A stretch of DNA of 63,558 nucleotides, the filler included, from Octopus bimaculoides (Eukaryota), in assembly GCF_001194135.2 (NCBI RefSeq). It is 4 parts of 3 records of this genome, joined end to end, with 100 filler letters (N's around TTAATTAATTAA, not from the genome) between each part and the next. Parts side by side here need not be neighbours in the genome. Positions count along the whole stretch, not along the records: positions 1 to 17,161 come from NC_068981.1; positions 17,262 to 39,465 come from NC_068992.1; 2 more parts are not named here. The stretch is one strand, 5' to 3'. The translations under genes were made by a program, and so were the position numbers. Shown here one piece after another: positions 11,427 through 22,517 of the stretch (positions are counted from its first letter, which is position 1; each line of letters begins with the position of its first letter). The notes under the pieces are model-generated. The model was not told the origin of the DNA. It ran no database searches and saw only the letters and a list, made by a program, of their open reading frames with translations.

Positions 11427-12062
11427 GTATATATGAATGCATGAATGCATGTATATATTAATATACATATAAATATATATGTATACATATAGTTATATAC
11501 ATGCGGNNNNNNNNNNNNNNNNNNNNNNNNNNNNNNNNNNNNNNNNNNNNNNNNNNNNNNNNNNNNNNNNNNNNNNNNNNNNNNNNNNNNNNNNNNNNNN
11601 NNNNNNNNNNNNNNNNNNNNNNNNNNNNNNNNNNNNNNNNNNNNNNNNNNNNNNNNNNNNNNNNNNNNNNNNNNNNNNNNNNNNNNNNNNNNNNNNNNNN
11701 NNNNNNNNNNNNNNNNNNNNNNNNNNNNNNNNNNNNNNNNNNNNNNNNNNNNNNNNNNNNNNNNNNNNNNNNNNNNNNNNNNNNNNNNNNNNNNNNNNNN
11801 NNNNNNNNNNNNNNNNNNNNNNNNNNNNNNNNNNNNNNNNNNNNNNNNNNNNNNNNNNNNNNNNNNNNNNNNNNNNNNNNNNNNNNNNNNNNNNNNNNNN
11901 NNNNNNNNNNNNNNNNNNNNNNNNNNNNNNNNNNNNNNNNNNNNNNNNNNNNNNNNNNNNNNNNNNNNNNNNNNNNNNNNNNNNNNNNNNNNNNNNNNNN
12001 NNNNNNNNNNNNNNNNNNNNNNNNNNNNNNNNNNNNNNNNNNNNNNNNNNNNNNNNNNNNNN

Positions 12063-12105
<43 letters not shown>

Positions 12106-12269
12106 CAAATTGCTGCATTCACCTGTTTTTCAACCCTGTAAACATTTCTAATATAGATTCTAATATTGTCCTATGAAGAAATGGGAAACTCTGGATTTTT
12201 GAAAAAAGAAATGATTGAGCATCTGGGGCCAAAATAAACAGAAATACAATCTCCACAGGAAATTTATAG

Positions 12270-12568
12270 CATCTTTTATCTTTATCTTTTATCTTTTATC
12301 TTTTATCTTTTATCTTTTTCTTTTATCTTTTATCTTTTATCTTTTATCTTTTATCTTTTATCTTTTATCTTTAGCTTTTACTTGTTTCAGGCATTTGACT
12401 GTGGCCATGCTGGGGCACCACCTTGAACAATTTTTTGTCAAATGAATCAACTCGAGCTCTTTTTTTCCTTTTCAAGCCTGGTACTTATTGTATCAGTCTC
12501 TTTTGCTGAACCACCAAGTTAGGGGGGACATAAACACACCAACACCGGTTATCAAGTGATGATAGTGG

Positions 12569-12626
<58 letters not shown>

Positions 12627-12792
12627 ACACAACAAGCTTCTTTCAGTTTCCATCTACCAAATCCACCCACAAGGCTTTGGTTGGCCTTAACTTATAGTGG
12701 ATGACACTTTCCCAAGGTGCCACACAGTGGTTCTGAACCCAGAGCCATGTGGTTGGCAAGCAAGCTTCTTACCACACAGCCATTTCCGTGCC
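12270..12792 (-). mobile_element. SINE family C with expanded (TTTTATC)n tail
   Basis: Body 12375-12792; 7-mer tail array 12270-12372. Confidence 0.85.
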
Positions 12793-13271
12793 ATCAAAGA
12801 CAATTGTTCTATTTTCTGTTATTTGTGTGAAAAGTGTTGGCCAGACCTTTGAGTTTATCAATGACAGTGTCTAAGGTGGCATGTACTTTTGCCAAGTACA
12901 GTATTTTCAGCAACCATCACTAGGAAATACAATTGACTGCTTTCCTATAATCGATGTCTCCTGTCACAAGGTTTCCTCATTGTTTTCCTAGATATTGTTT
13001 TTCTTCATCTTCCTGAATACAATATGAACATTATCAATACTTTCTCATTGTATTATTTATTTCTTTTGTTCCAAAACAAATTTTTTCTCTCAGTGTTTTA
13101 CTTTATGTTCCAAAATAATTAATCTTCTCTCAGATATCTCCCCACATTTTTTTTGTCATTTTTTTCCCCCACAAAATGTTTGTAAACTTAAAACCCACTG
13201 TATTTTATGATCGCTGTTAACTGTTCACTTGTGAAGCAGAGGCTGTTGATGTTTTCTTCCAGTGGGATAGT

Positions 13272-13644
13272 TGTCGTTGTTGTTGTTGTTGGCACTCCAT
13301 CGCTTACGACGTCAAGGGTTCCAGTCGATCCGATCAACGGAACAGCCTGCTCGTGAAATTAACATGCAAGTATGCCCTTAAGGTAGTTCTCGGGGATATT
13401 CAGCGTGACACAGTGTGACAAGGCTGACCCTTTGAATTACAGGCACAACAGAAACAAGAAGAAAGAGTGAGAGAAAGTTGTGGTGAAAGAGTACAGCAGG
13501 GTTCGCCACCATCCCCTGCCGGAGCCTTGTGGAGCTTTAGGTGTTTTCACTCAATAAACACTCACAGCGCCCGGTCTAGGAATCGAAACCGCGATCCTAT
13601 GACCACAAGTTCGCTGCCCTAACCACTGGGCCATTGCACCTCCA
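13272..13644 (-). mobile_element. SINE family A, full length with 12-bp TSD
   Basis: (AAC)n tail; CAGTGGGATAGT at 13260-13271 and 13645-13656. Confidence 0.9.
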
Positions 13645-13724
13645 CAGTGGGATAGTAGCTGTATAGCGAAGACATCAATAACAATTAACAAGTGTGAGGT
13701 TGGTTTCTTTCCTCCCCGATCATC

Positions 13725-14270
13725 ATCAAAATTATTATTTACTTAAGCACTTTGTGCCTTATAAAGCATAGGTCATCCATGACTTTTCTCCAGACTTCTT
13801 GACCCTGGGCTGTCTTCCTTTCCCAGGCTTTGTTGATGTTTGAAGTATCGTCTATGCTTTTGTAACTTTGATTTTGTTTAGGTTAGGCTGAATCGGTAAC
13901 ATGAAGTGATGTGCCATACACAAGGACACAGTGTGGTTCCCTCATCTGTCAATTGAATGTATGACCTTATGACTATCAGCCCAACACCACAACAAGCTCA
14001 CCCTACCACAACACACACACATTTACAGACACATATGCCTTGCCATGGGCCTTCAGATTCTAATGCAGATGGAATTTTTAGACTTACACAACCTATACAA
14101 ACCTGTTTTCATTTCAGGGAAGAGGTGGCCCATATCAGTCTAGCCTCTCTCCTTTGACCTGCCCAATATGGGAAACCCTCCCAGGAGCTTTGCACTCCAC
14201 TGGCACAGCTCTTAGGGTCATTGAGACATACAAGCCACTACATCACAGCATGGACAGGTCTTCACGATGG
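13725..14270 (-). mobile_element. Decayed RTE-related non-autonomous element (RTE 5'UTR-like block and RTE-like tail)
   Basis: Minus strand TGGCTTGTATGTCTCAATGACCCTAAGAGCTGTGCC...AGCTCCTGGGAGGGTTTCCCA..GGGCAGGTCAAAGG resembles RTE 5' UTRs; tail ATGACCTATGCT...TTAAGTAAAT. Confidence 0.5.
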
Positions 14271-14339
14271 TTTATTCAGCCTGTTCTTTAATGATGGTGA
14301 CGGCAGTGAAGCTTCCAATAACACAAAGGAAACTACATT

Positions 14340-14565
14340 TCTTATTTCTTTATTGCCCACAAGGGGCTAAACATAGAGGGGACAAACAAGGATTAAGTCG
14401 ATTACATTGACCCCAGTGCATAACTGGTACTTAATTTATCAACCCCGAAAGGATGAAAGGCAAAGTCAATCTTGGCAGAATTTGAGCTCAGAACATAATG
14501 GCAGACGAAATACCGCTACCATTTCACCCGGCATGCTAACGTTTCTGCCAGCTCACTGCCTTTAA
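14340..14565 (-). mobile_element. SINE family B, B2 tail variant, full length
   Basis: Head GGCAGTGAGCTGGCAGAAAC on minus strand; tail CCCCTTGTGGGCAATAAAGAAATAAG. Confidence 0.85.
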
Positions 14566-14612
14566 AGGAAGCACAAAGGAAACTACATTTCTATTGCTTT
14601 TTTTAATTTTGA

Positions 14613-14813
14613 CCCTTTAGCATTTAAACTGACCATATCTAATCCAAATACTCTACTTGTTTTATGTTCAAATCAGCCAGGTCTTGCCTATCATACCTAA
14701 CCTGCAAATATAAAATAGACAAACACATCATCAAAATCTTGAAGCATAATTAATTCAAAGCCATTTGAATAAATAAGCATTAGATTAATCAATGTAATCT
14801 GAATGCTAAAGGG
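14613..14813. mobile_element. piggyBac-like MITE
   Basis: Perfect 12-bp TIR CCCTTTAGCATT (14613-14624) / AATGCTAAAGGG (14802-14813); flanks TTGA and TTTA resemble decayed TTAA. Confidence 0.6.
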
Positions 14814-15190
14814 TTTAAATTTCTGTTACTAGCTGTTAAGCACAACCTCTGGCAGAAGTGTTTCCATTTTTCAGTGATGGGGTGGGATTTGAAGTCAGAA
14901 TGCACAGAGTCAAAACAGATGCCACAAGACATCATATCCGACATTCTAACAAGTTGATCTTACTGGACTGGTGCATTTATATTTTTATTGAACCCTGATT
15001 TGATGTTAAACAAAGTTGACCTCAGCAGGATTTGAACTCAGGTGGGACAAATATTGTGAGACATTATTTTGTCTGGCACTCTAACTGATCTGCCAGTTTA
15101 CCTAATTGTTATTTAATGATAGCTTAGAGAAACTGGGACACTTGTTTTTGAGCTGGTTTTAAAATGCTTTTAATCTCTCTCTCTCTCTCT

Positions 15191-15420
15191 CGCACTGGTG
15201 CCACATAAAAGGCACCTGTGTTGGTGCCACGTAAAAAGCACCCAGTATACTCTGTAAAGAGTCTAACCTTAAGAAGGGCCTCCAGCCATAGAAATTATGC
15301 CAGAACAGACAACTGGTGCCTGATGCAGTTCTCTGGCTTTCCAGCTCCTGTCAACCCATCCAATCTAAGCAAGCATGGTAACTGGATGTTAACTGATGAG
15401 GATGATGATGATGATGATAT
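15191..15420 (+). mobile_element. Family D 3' part, diverged
   Basis: Two CCACGTAAAAAGCACC units, AAGGGCCTCCAGC, (GAT)n tail. Confidence 0.7.
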
Positions 15421-15605
15421 ATATGAGATGAGATGGTGCATGCATGCATTTATATAAGTGTTTTACTAGCCATCACTGAAAACATGTGGTTTATTACATT
15501 TTATAACAAATATAATCTTTTATTTTATTATGTAATCTGTAAAAACTAAATGGAGTGTTTGTTTGTTTTTTTTACTGATGATTCTTTGTTTTGTGTTACT
15601 TTCAG

Positions 15606-15653
15606 CTGCACAAGTGCCAGGCGAAGAACTTGAACAAACAAAATATTTTGAAG
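15606..15653 (+). CDS. Candidate 48-bp coding exon of an unidentified gene
   Basis: Long pyrimidine tract + TTCAG acceptor, AAG|GTAAAT donor, length divisible by 3; open as xAQVPGEELEQTKYFE (phase 1) or LHKCQAKNLNKQNILK (phase 0). Confidence 0.45.
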
Positions 15654-15959
15654 GTAAATCTTGATAAAATATTCCTTATACATTCAGTCATGATGTGAAA
15701 GTGTTTCCTTTTCCTTATGTTGCAGGTAAGATTTTTATGAGGTCATAAAATTAATGTCTTTCAAAAACAAATTTTCTCCTGTTCATTTTACAGATATTTG
15801 AATCACTCCAATAACTGCAAAAAAAAAAAAAAAGAACAAAAAAAGAAACAATCTAATATTATTTTCGATGCAGTAAGACTGATTGTGAATATATCTTTTT
15901 TTTTAATCCCAAGATCCATATAAAACACATTTCAGGATGTATGACTGTAGGACCACTAA

Positions 15960-16425
15960 TATTCTTTTCTACTTTAGGCACAAGGTCCAAAATTTTGGTG
16001 AGGAGGGGGCCAGTCGATTAGATCGACCCCAGTACACAACTGGTACTTAATTTATCAACTCCGAAAGAATGAAAGGCAAAGTCGACCTCAGTGGAATTTG
16101 AACTCAGTACATAAAGACAGACGAAATACCACTAAGCATTTCGCCTGGCATGCTAACATTTCTGCCAGCACATTGTCTTTAGAACCCCTAATATTAGACA
16201 GGTTATTAAGGCAGGGAGCTGGCAGAATCATTAGCATGCCAGACAAAATGCTTAGCAGCCTTTCGTCTGTCTTTACATTCTGAGTTCAAATTCCGCCGAG
16301 GTCGACTTTGCCTTTCATCCTTTCGGGGTCGATAAATTAAGTACCAGTTATGCACTAGGGTCAGTGTACTTGACTTAACCCCTCTCCCAAAATTGCTGGC
16401 CTTGTCCCAAAATTTGAAATCAATA
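15960..16425. mobile_element. Inverted pair of SINE family B (15960-16152 minus, 16210-16425 plus)
   Basis: Head-to-head copies about 60 bp apart. Confidence 0.85.
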
Positions 16426-16825
16426 TTAGAGAGGTCACTGAGTATACACAGGACTTTCTTCCTAATTGTCTCCATTCATAATTATGATATTATTACATGG
16501 GCTTCGTTTCTTTAATGGGAATATTATGTTACTGTCTGTGAGTAGCGATAAAACAAAGACCATAACTTTTAGGTAACATGATATCATGATTGTATAGCAT
16601 TTGTGATAATGTAGCAATGATGAAGATAAGAATCATAAATATAAAGTAATTTTGTATTGTTAAATGAAATGATGCTGAAAATGTTGCAGAAACTATCAAT
16701 TACACTTGGTAATATTTTTATATATTCTCTTAAAAAGAGTGAACAACGCATACATGTATGCATGCACATACACAAACACATATATATGTATCTATGTATG
16801 CTGTTATATGAATTATATATATATG

Positions 16826-17161
16826 GAGCAAATCAATTCAGATGAGATGCAGTTTGGGTTCGTGCCAGGTAAAAGCACCACTGATGCCATATTTCTAGTG
16901 AGACAGCTACAGGAGAAATATCTAGCCAAGGATAAACCTCTGTACCTGGCCTTCGTTGACATGGAGAAAGCCTTTGACAGGGCCTCCCGATCCCATTTCT
17001 GGTGGTCAATGAGGAAACTTGGGATAGAAGAATGGTTAGTGAGAGCTGTGCGAGCCATGTACAGAGATGCTGTCAGTAAGGTGAAGGTTGGAAATGAGTA
17101 CAGTAATGAATTCCGGGTAGAGGTAGGGGTCCACCAAGGTTCCGTCCTCAGCCCCCTCCTA
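16826..17161 (+). mobile_element. RTE-clade non-LTR retrotransposon, reverse transcriptase fragment (5'-truncated, cut by scaffold end)
   Basis: Stop-free reading QFGFVPGKSTTDAIFLVRQLQEKY...LAFVDMEKAFDR...GVHQGSVLSPLL contains the LINE RT motifs (QFGF, FVDxEKAFD, GVxQGSVLSP); begins straight after a (TA)n tract. Confidence 0.92.
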
Positions 17162-17261
17162 NNNNNNNNNNNNNNNNNNNNNNNNNNNNNNNNNNNNNNN
17201 NNNNNTTAATTAATTAANNNNNNNNNNNNNNNNNNNNNNNNNNNNNNNNNNNNNNNNNNNN
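17162..17261. other. Artificial scaffold-joining spacer
   Basis: Exactly 44 N + TTAATTAATTAA (17206-17217; stops in all six frames) + 44 N = 100 bp. Confidence 0.95.
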
Positions 17262-17293
17262 TATATATATATATATATATATACGTAAGCATT

Positions 17294-17355
<62 letters not shown>

Positions 17356-17932
17356 GAAAGAGAGTCAGAGAGATATAAATAGAAATACTTAGAAATATGC
17401 GCACGCGCTCACACATGTATATAAATGTATGTATGCACATATGCATGCATGCATATATGTATGTATAGACATACATTCATACATACATACATACATACAT
17501 TCAGATATATCCAGTATGCGCTTAGGCATTTGGTTGGTAAGCACCATAAATAAAGTAAACGCTACGTGAATTATTTCTTAGAGAAGACCTCAATGCTCTG
17601 CTGGAGCCATTTCAATTCTGCTTTACTATGAATGTTTCTGAAAAAAAAAAGAACCATCACCGTCTCGACTCCTCTTTTTCTATGCATTTTCCAGCTGTCA
17701 TGTTTATTCTTCTCAAAGTCAAAGCTCAGGTGCTTGGAAATGATAAAAGATATACAATATTATATTATTTATTTTAATCATCTGTAGAGTGGGCTTTTGA
17801 TGTAGAGTGGTCCCTTGATGTCATAAAATCACGTTATAATCGGTTTATTTTGCCCTTAATCTCTTTTATTGAGTCTGGCTGTGTAAGTCCATTGGAGAGC
17901 GCATTTACAAAAGACGTAACTGTCGGCGTGAC

Positions 17933-18340
17933 CTATAAATCGTGTCTGTGTCTGCTCTCACCTATTCTACAATTTCGTTTGTCTTTGCAAGGAAACAAAT
18001 TAAAAACGTGGCTACATTCACTCTCGAAGTCATGCATAATACCCCACCACTTAATCTCTCGTTCCAAATCGTTTAGACCAAACGATACAACATGATCAGG
18101 ATGGTTTTTTGGAAATGGAAGGGTATGAAGGAACTGGCAGAGATTTTGGAAAGTTTGAGAAGAAAGTTCGTAGGTTCGCTCCGAGATTACTGTTAGGGCT
18201 GTTTCCCTTAGCCTCCTGTATCCCAAGCCCTCACGAAAACGTCAGACGAATATTTGAAGGTCTGTCAATAACAATCGTGCGCCAGTCTTATCTGCAAGAC
18301 TGCGAGTTTCGAATTTGGATTTTAAAAATTCTTTAGGCAT
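17933..18340 (-). pseudogene. Unexplained reading frame with weak BTB/T1-domain resemblance, one in-frame stop
   Basis: MPKEFLKSKFETRS...FV*RFREG...SSQTFQNLCQFLHT...DLEREIKWWGIMHDFESEC; TGA at 18242-18244; resemblance judged by eye only. Confidence 0.25.
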
Positions 18341-18480
18341 TTTTTTCTAACTAGAACTAAGGGTGGATAAGTCCAAATGGCGTTATTGGATTCTCGGTTA
18401 CAAACTCTATTTCAATGTCCCAAGCATTTTGGTTGTTTAACGGGTGGCTTTGTTTAAAGCTGACCATCTAAGGAAGATTA

Positions 18481-18561
18481 AAATACTCTCATTTTATTAA
18501 TTATATCAAATACGCTCATTTTATTAATTATATTAAATACTCTCATTTTATTAATTATATT
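18481..18561. repeat. 27-bp tandem repeat x3
   Basis: AAATAC(T/G)CTCATTTTATTAATTATAT(C/T). Confidence 0.9.
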
Positions 18562-18594
18562 TTTGCCTATTATTCAAATTGCGGATTATTTATA

Positions 18595-18990
18595 TTGCTT
18601 TCAAATTTTGGCACAAGGCCAGAAAGAAGTAAATCAATCAGATCATCCCCAGTGCTCAACTGGTACTTATTTTACTAACCCCAAAAGGATGAAAGACAAA
18701 GTCGATCCCGACGGCATTTGAACTAAGAACGTAAAGACAAATGAAACACAGCTTAGCATTTCGCCCGCCGTGGTAACGATTTTGCCAGTTCGCCGTCTTA
18801 TTAATGCCTTATAATATTGAAAAAGCAACAAAATGCGTCGAAAAAGTGGCTTGAAATATTTCTTCCAGCCTTTAATATTCTGGGTTCAAATCCCACTAAG
18901 GTAAGCTCTGTATTTCATCCATTCAATGGAACATTATCTCCAGCAAAATTTCCTGGCTTTGTACTTACGTAAGAAACTATTATATAATGT
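18595..18990. mobile_element. SINE family B (18595-18800 minus) plus degenerate plus-strand copy
   Basis: Family B core; second copy retains GGGTTCAAATCCC B box. Confidence 0.65.
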
Positions 18991-19399
18991 AATATAATAT
19001 ATTAGCCTCTTTCAAATATTTTGTTTTACTCGTATAATGTATTATAGTGACATCCTATAGGCACAGTTTGACCAACTAGTTGCGGAGTTCGACTAGCAAA
19101 CACAGGATCCAGGGTTCGATCTCACCGCATAGGATCTCGGACACGTCTTTGAGTATAAGTGAAATTTACTATAGCTTCGTGCTAACCAAAGTTTTGTGAA
19201 TGGACTTGGTAGACGTCGTATATATNNNNNNNNNNNNNNNNNNNNNNNNNNNNNNNNNNNNNNNNNNNNNNNNNNNNNNNNNNNNNNNNNNNNNNNNNNN
19301 NNNNNNNNNNNNNNNNNNNNNNNNNNNNNNNNNNNNNNNNNNNNNNNNNNNNNNNNNGTAGGTGGCATACGAGTGGCTATATATTTAGAAAAAAGAAGT

Positions 19400-19690
19400 T
19401 TGAAAACGCCACTATATAAAATGAATTTTAATTTATAATTTTCTCAGAGATATTTTACATGTTTCGGTTCGTGATAAAGCGAACCTTACCAAAAATACAT
19501 ATTCGACTGTTGGATTTGTGGTTATTATTGGGTGCAGTTTAGCCTGTGTTAAAATCTTCTTTAAGGATTTTGGTTGTCGTTTGCTTTTTATGATGGTGTA
19601 GGTTTGGAGGATTTGGTTCATCTTTGGGTCTTCCTTGAGTAGGGCTGTGTTCTGGAGTATGGTGTTAGTAATTGTTAGTGAGCGTGCGCG
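19400..19690 (-). mobile_element. Penelope-like element ORF fragment (linker between RT and GIY-YIG)
   Basis: Minus strand reads TNTILQNTALLKEDPKMNQILQTYTIIKSKRQPKSLKKILTQAKL, resembling the IIKSKRQPKNLKxLLT motif of PLEs (from memory). Confidence 0.65.
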
Positions 19691-19694
19691 CAGT

Positions 19695-19725
<31 letters not shown>

Positions 19726-19729
19726 CAAA

Positions 19730-19900
19730 TTTACAGAAAAACAAAAGACGAAGACAGGTGTATAAACAACAAGCAGGTGTNNNNNNNNNNAAAAGACGAA
19801 GACAGGTGTATAAACAACAAGCAGGTGTATTAGTTTAACGCTCGGGAAGGTGAGAAAGTCTTTTACGTTTCGAGCCATCTCTCTTCAACAGAAAAGAACA
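19730..19900 (-). mobile_element. Penelope-like terminal (pLTR) segment
   Basis: Adjacent to the PLE ORF fragment, carries a hammerhead-like motif; homologous segments at 30495-30600 and 57671-57790. Confidence 0.55.
19859..19896 (-). ncRNA. Minimal type I hammerhead ribozyme-like motif, variant core
   Basis: Minus strand UUUU-CUGUUGA-A-GAG(AGAUGG)CUC-GAA-ACGU-A-AAAG; palindromic ACGU stem III, GUA triplet; A6U deviation from CUGANGA. Confidence 0.5.
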
Positions 19901-19939
19901 CAATGAAATAAACAGAGAGAGAGATAGAGAGGCTCAAAA

Positions 19940-20310
19940 CTCAGTATGCCGGACTAAGTGCTTAGTACCATTTCGTCCATATTTATGCTTTGAGTTCAAA
20001 TTCCGCCGAAGTCAACTTTGCCTTTCATCCTTCCGGGGTCAATAAATTAAGTATCAGTAAAACAGTGGGGTCGATGAATCAACTAATCCCTCCACCACCA
20101 AATTTCAAAGAAGGTGGCGAGCGGGCTGAATCGTTAGCCTAGCGGCATTTCACACATCTTTGTGTTCTGAGCTCAAATTTCGCCGGAGTCAACTTTGCCT
20201 TTCATCCTTCTGGGGTCAATAAAATAAGTACCAGTGTAGTACTGGGGTCGATGTAATCTACTTACCGTCTCTCCGAAATTGCTGGCATTGTGCCAAAATT
20301 TGAAATCAAT
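19940..20310 (+). mobile_element. Two tandem SINE family B copies
   Basis: TGAGTTCAAATTCCGCCGAAGTCAACTTTGCCTTTCATCCTT core present twice. Confidence 0.8.
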
Positions 20311-20351
20311 ATTTTTGAATAATGTTGGGAAAAATAATCATGTTGAACAAT

Positions 20352-20402
<51 letters not shown>

Positions 20403-20403
<1 letters not shown>

Positions 20404-20745
20404 TCGGTTACGACGACGAGGGTCCCAGTTGATCCGATCAACAGAACAGCCCTCCACAGACATGTGTACCCTTAACGTAGTTCTCGGGGAGATACAGCAT
20501 GACACAGAGTGTGACAAGGCTGGCCCTTTGAAATACAGGTACAGCAGAAACATGAAGAAATAGTGATAGAAAGTTGTGGTGAAAGAGTACGGCAGGGTTC
20601 ACGACCACCCCCTGCCGGAGTCTCGTGGAACATTAGGTGTTTTCGCTGAATAAACACTCACAAAATCCGGTCTGGGAATCAAAACCGCGAAACCGCAATC
20701 ATACGAACGCGTGTCCGCTGCCCTAACCACTGGACCATTGCACTT
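20403..20745 (-). mobile_element. SINE family A
   Basis: Colinear with 61-443 with small deletions. Confidence 0.85.
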
Positions 20746-21559
20746 ACACTATGTATATATANNNNNNNNNNNNNNNNNNNNNNNNNNNNNNNNNNNNNNN
20801 NNNNNNNNNNNNNNNNNNNNNNNNNNNNNNNNNNNNNNNNNNNNNNNNNNNNNNNNNNNNNNNNNNNNNNNNNNNNNNNNNNNNNNNNNNNNNNNNNNNN
20901 NNNNNNNNNNNNNNNNNNNNNNNNNNNNNNNNNNNNNNNNNNNNNNNNNNNNNNNNNNNNNNNNNNNNNNNNNNNNNNNNNNNNNNNNNNNNNNNNNNNN
21001 NNNNNNNNNNNNNNNNNNNNNNNNNNNNNNNNNNNNNNNNNNNNNNNNNNNNNNNNNNNNNNNNNNNNNNNNNNNNNNNNNNNNNNNNNNNNNNNNNNNN
21101 NNNNNNNNNNNNNNNNNNNNNNNNNNNNNNNNNNNNNNNNNNNNNNNNNNNNNNNNNNNNNNNNNNNNNNNNNNNNNNNNNNNNNNNNNNNNNNNNNNNN
21201 NNNNNNNNNNNNNNNNNNNNNNNNNNNNNNNNNNNNNNNNNNNNNNNNNNNNNNNNNNNNNNNNNNNNNNNNNNNNNNNNNNNNNNNNNNNNNNNNNNNN
21301 NNNNNNNNNNNNNNNNNNNNNNNNNNNNNNNNNNNNNNNNNNNNNNNNNNNNNNNNNNNNNNNNNNNNNNNNNNNNNNNNNNNNNNNNNNNNNNNNNNNN
21401 NNNNNNNNNNNNNNNNNNNNNNNNNNNNNNNNNNNNNNNNNNNNNNNNNNNNNNNNNNNNNNNNNNNNNNNNNNNNNNNNNNNNNNNNNNNNNNNNNNNN
21501 NNNNNNNNNNNNNNNNNNNNNNNNNNNNNNNNNNNNNNNNNNNNNNNNNNNNNNNNNNN

Positions 21560-21612
<53 letters not shown>

Positions 21613-21984
21613 TATACATACATACATACATACATGTATACATATACATAATACATACACGCACACACACACACATACATGTTATATTTATACAGAGGCA
21701 TCTTTATATCTTTGCTTGCAAAAAACCCTTATTCTGAAGGCTGAGTATAATTTTACATACCCCATGAGTATATACCCGGCTGAGGTAGATATCCTGCTTA
21801 TATATATACATATATATATATATATAAACCCTGTTGAAGCATATTTTCTGCTGATATTTCTCTGTCTATAAACTCCCTTCAAAATATACAAAATTATATC
21901 CCTTATGGTTGGAATAATAAATATGGTTTTCTCCTCCGCCATTCTTTTATTCTTAATTATGCCCACATGCAGATACACATGTTG

Positions 21985-22458
21985 GTGTGTGTGTGTGTGT
22001 GCGTGTGTGTGTGCATGTACTCGCGTGTGTATTTGAACGCATGTTCGCGCACGTGTATGAATGTGCTTGCATGTGTGTGTGTGTGTGTGTGTGTGTGTGG
22101 TAGGTTATTAGTGTGATCATGTTGTTTATTTAGTGGGTGTGTTTGTTGATGTTTGAGGTAGTGGTTTGATACGAAGGTGTGTCAGTGTGGTTGTACGTTG
22201 GTGATTTAGAATATGTATGTGTGTATGTTTGTGCTTTTGGTGTGTGTGACGTTGTTTTGTTGTGTCTCTGTATGCTGTTGTCTTGGTTTATGTGTATATT
22301 TGTCGGAATGTGTATGTGTGTGTTTGTGTTAACGATTCGGGATGTGTGTCTGTATTGTTGTTGTTTTGGTGTGTCTCTGTATGCTAGTGTCTTTGTTTGT
22401 GTGTGTGTTTCTCGAAATGTGTATGTGTGTGTGTATTTCTGTGCGTGTGCATGTATGC

Positions 22459-22516
<58 letters not shown>
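21985..22516. repeat. Degenerate (GT)n tract
   Basis: Direct reading. Confidence 0.9.

Positions 22517-22517
<1 letters not shown>

Noticed and set aside
17206-17217. TTAATTAATTAA as a biological palindrome or PacI site
   Set aside because: Centred in exactly 44+44 N three times; an artificial spacer.
19743-19828. 38-bp direct repeat around a 10-N gap
   Set aside because: Exact duplication on both sides of a minimal gap indicates an unmerged contig overlap.
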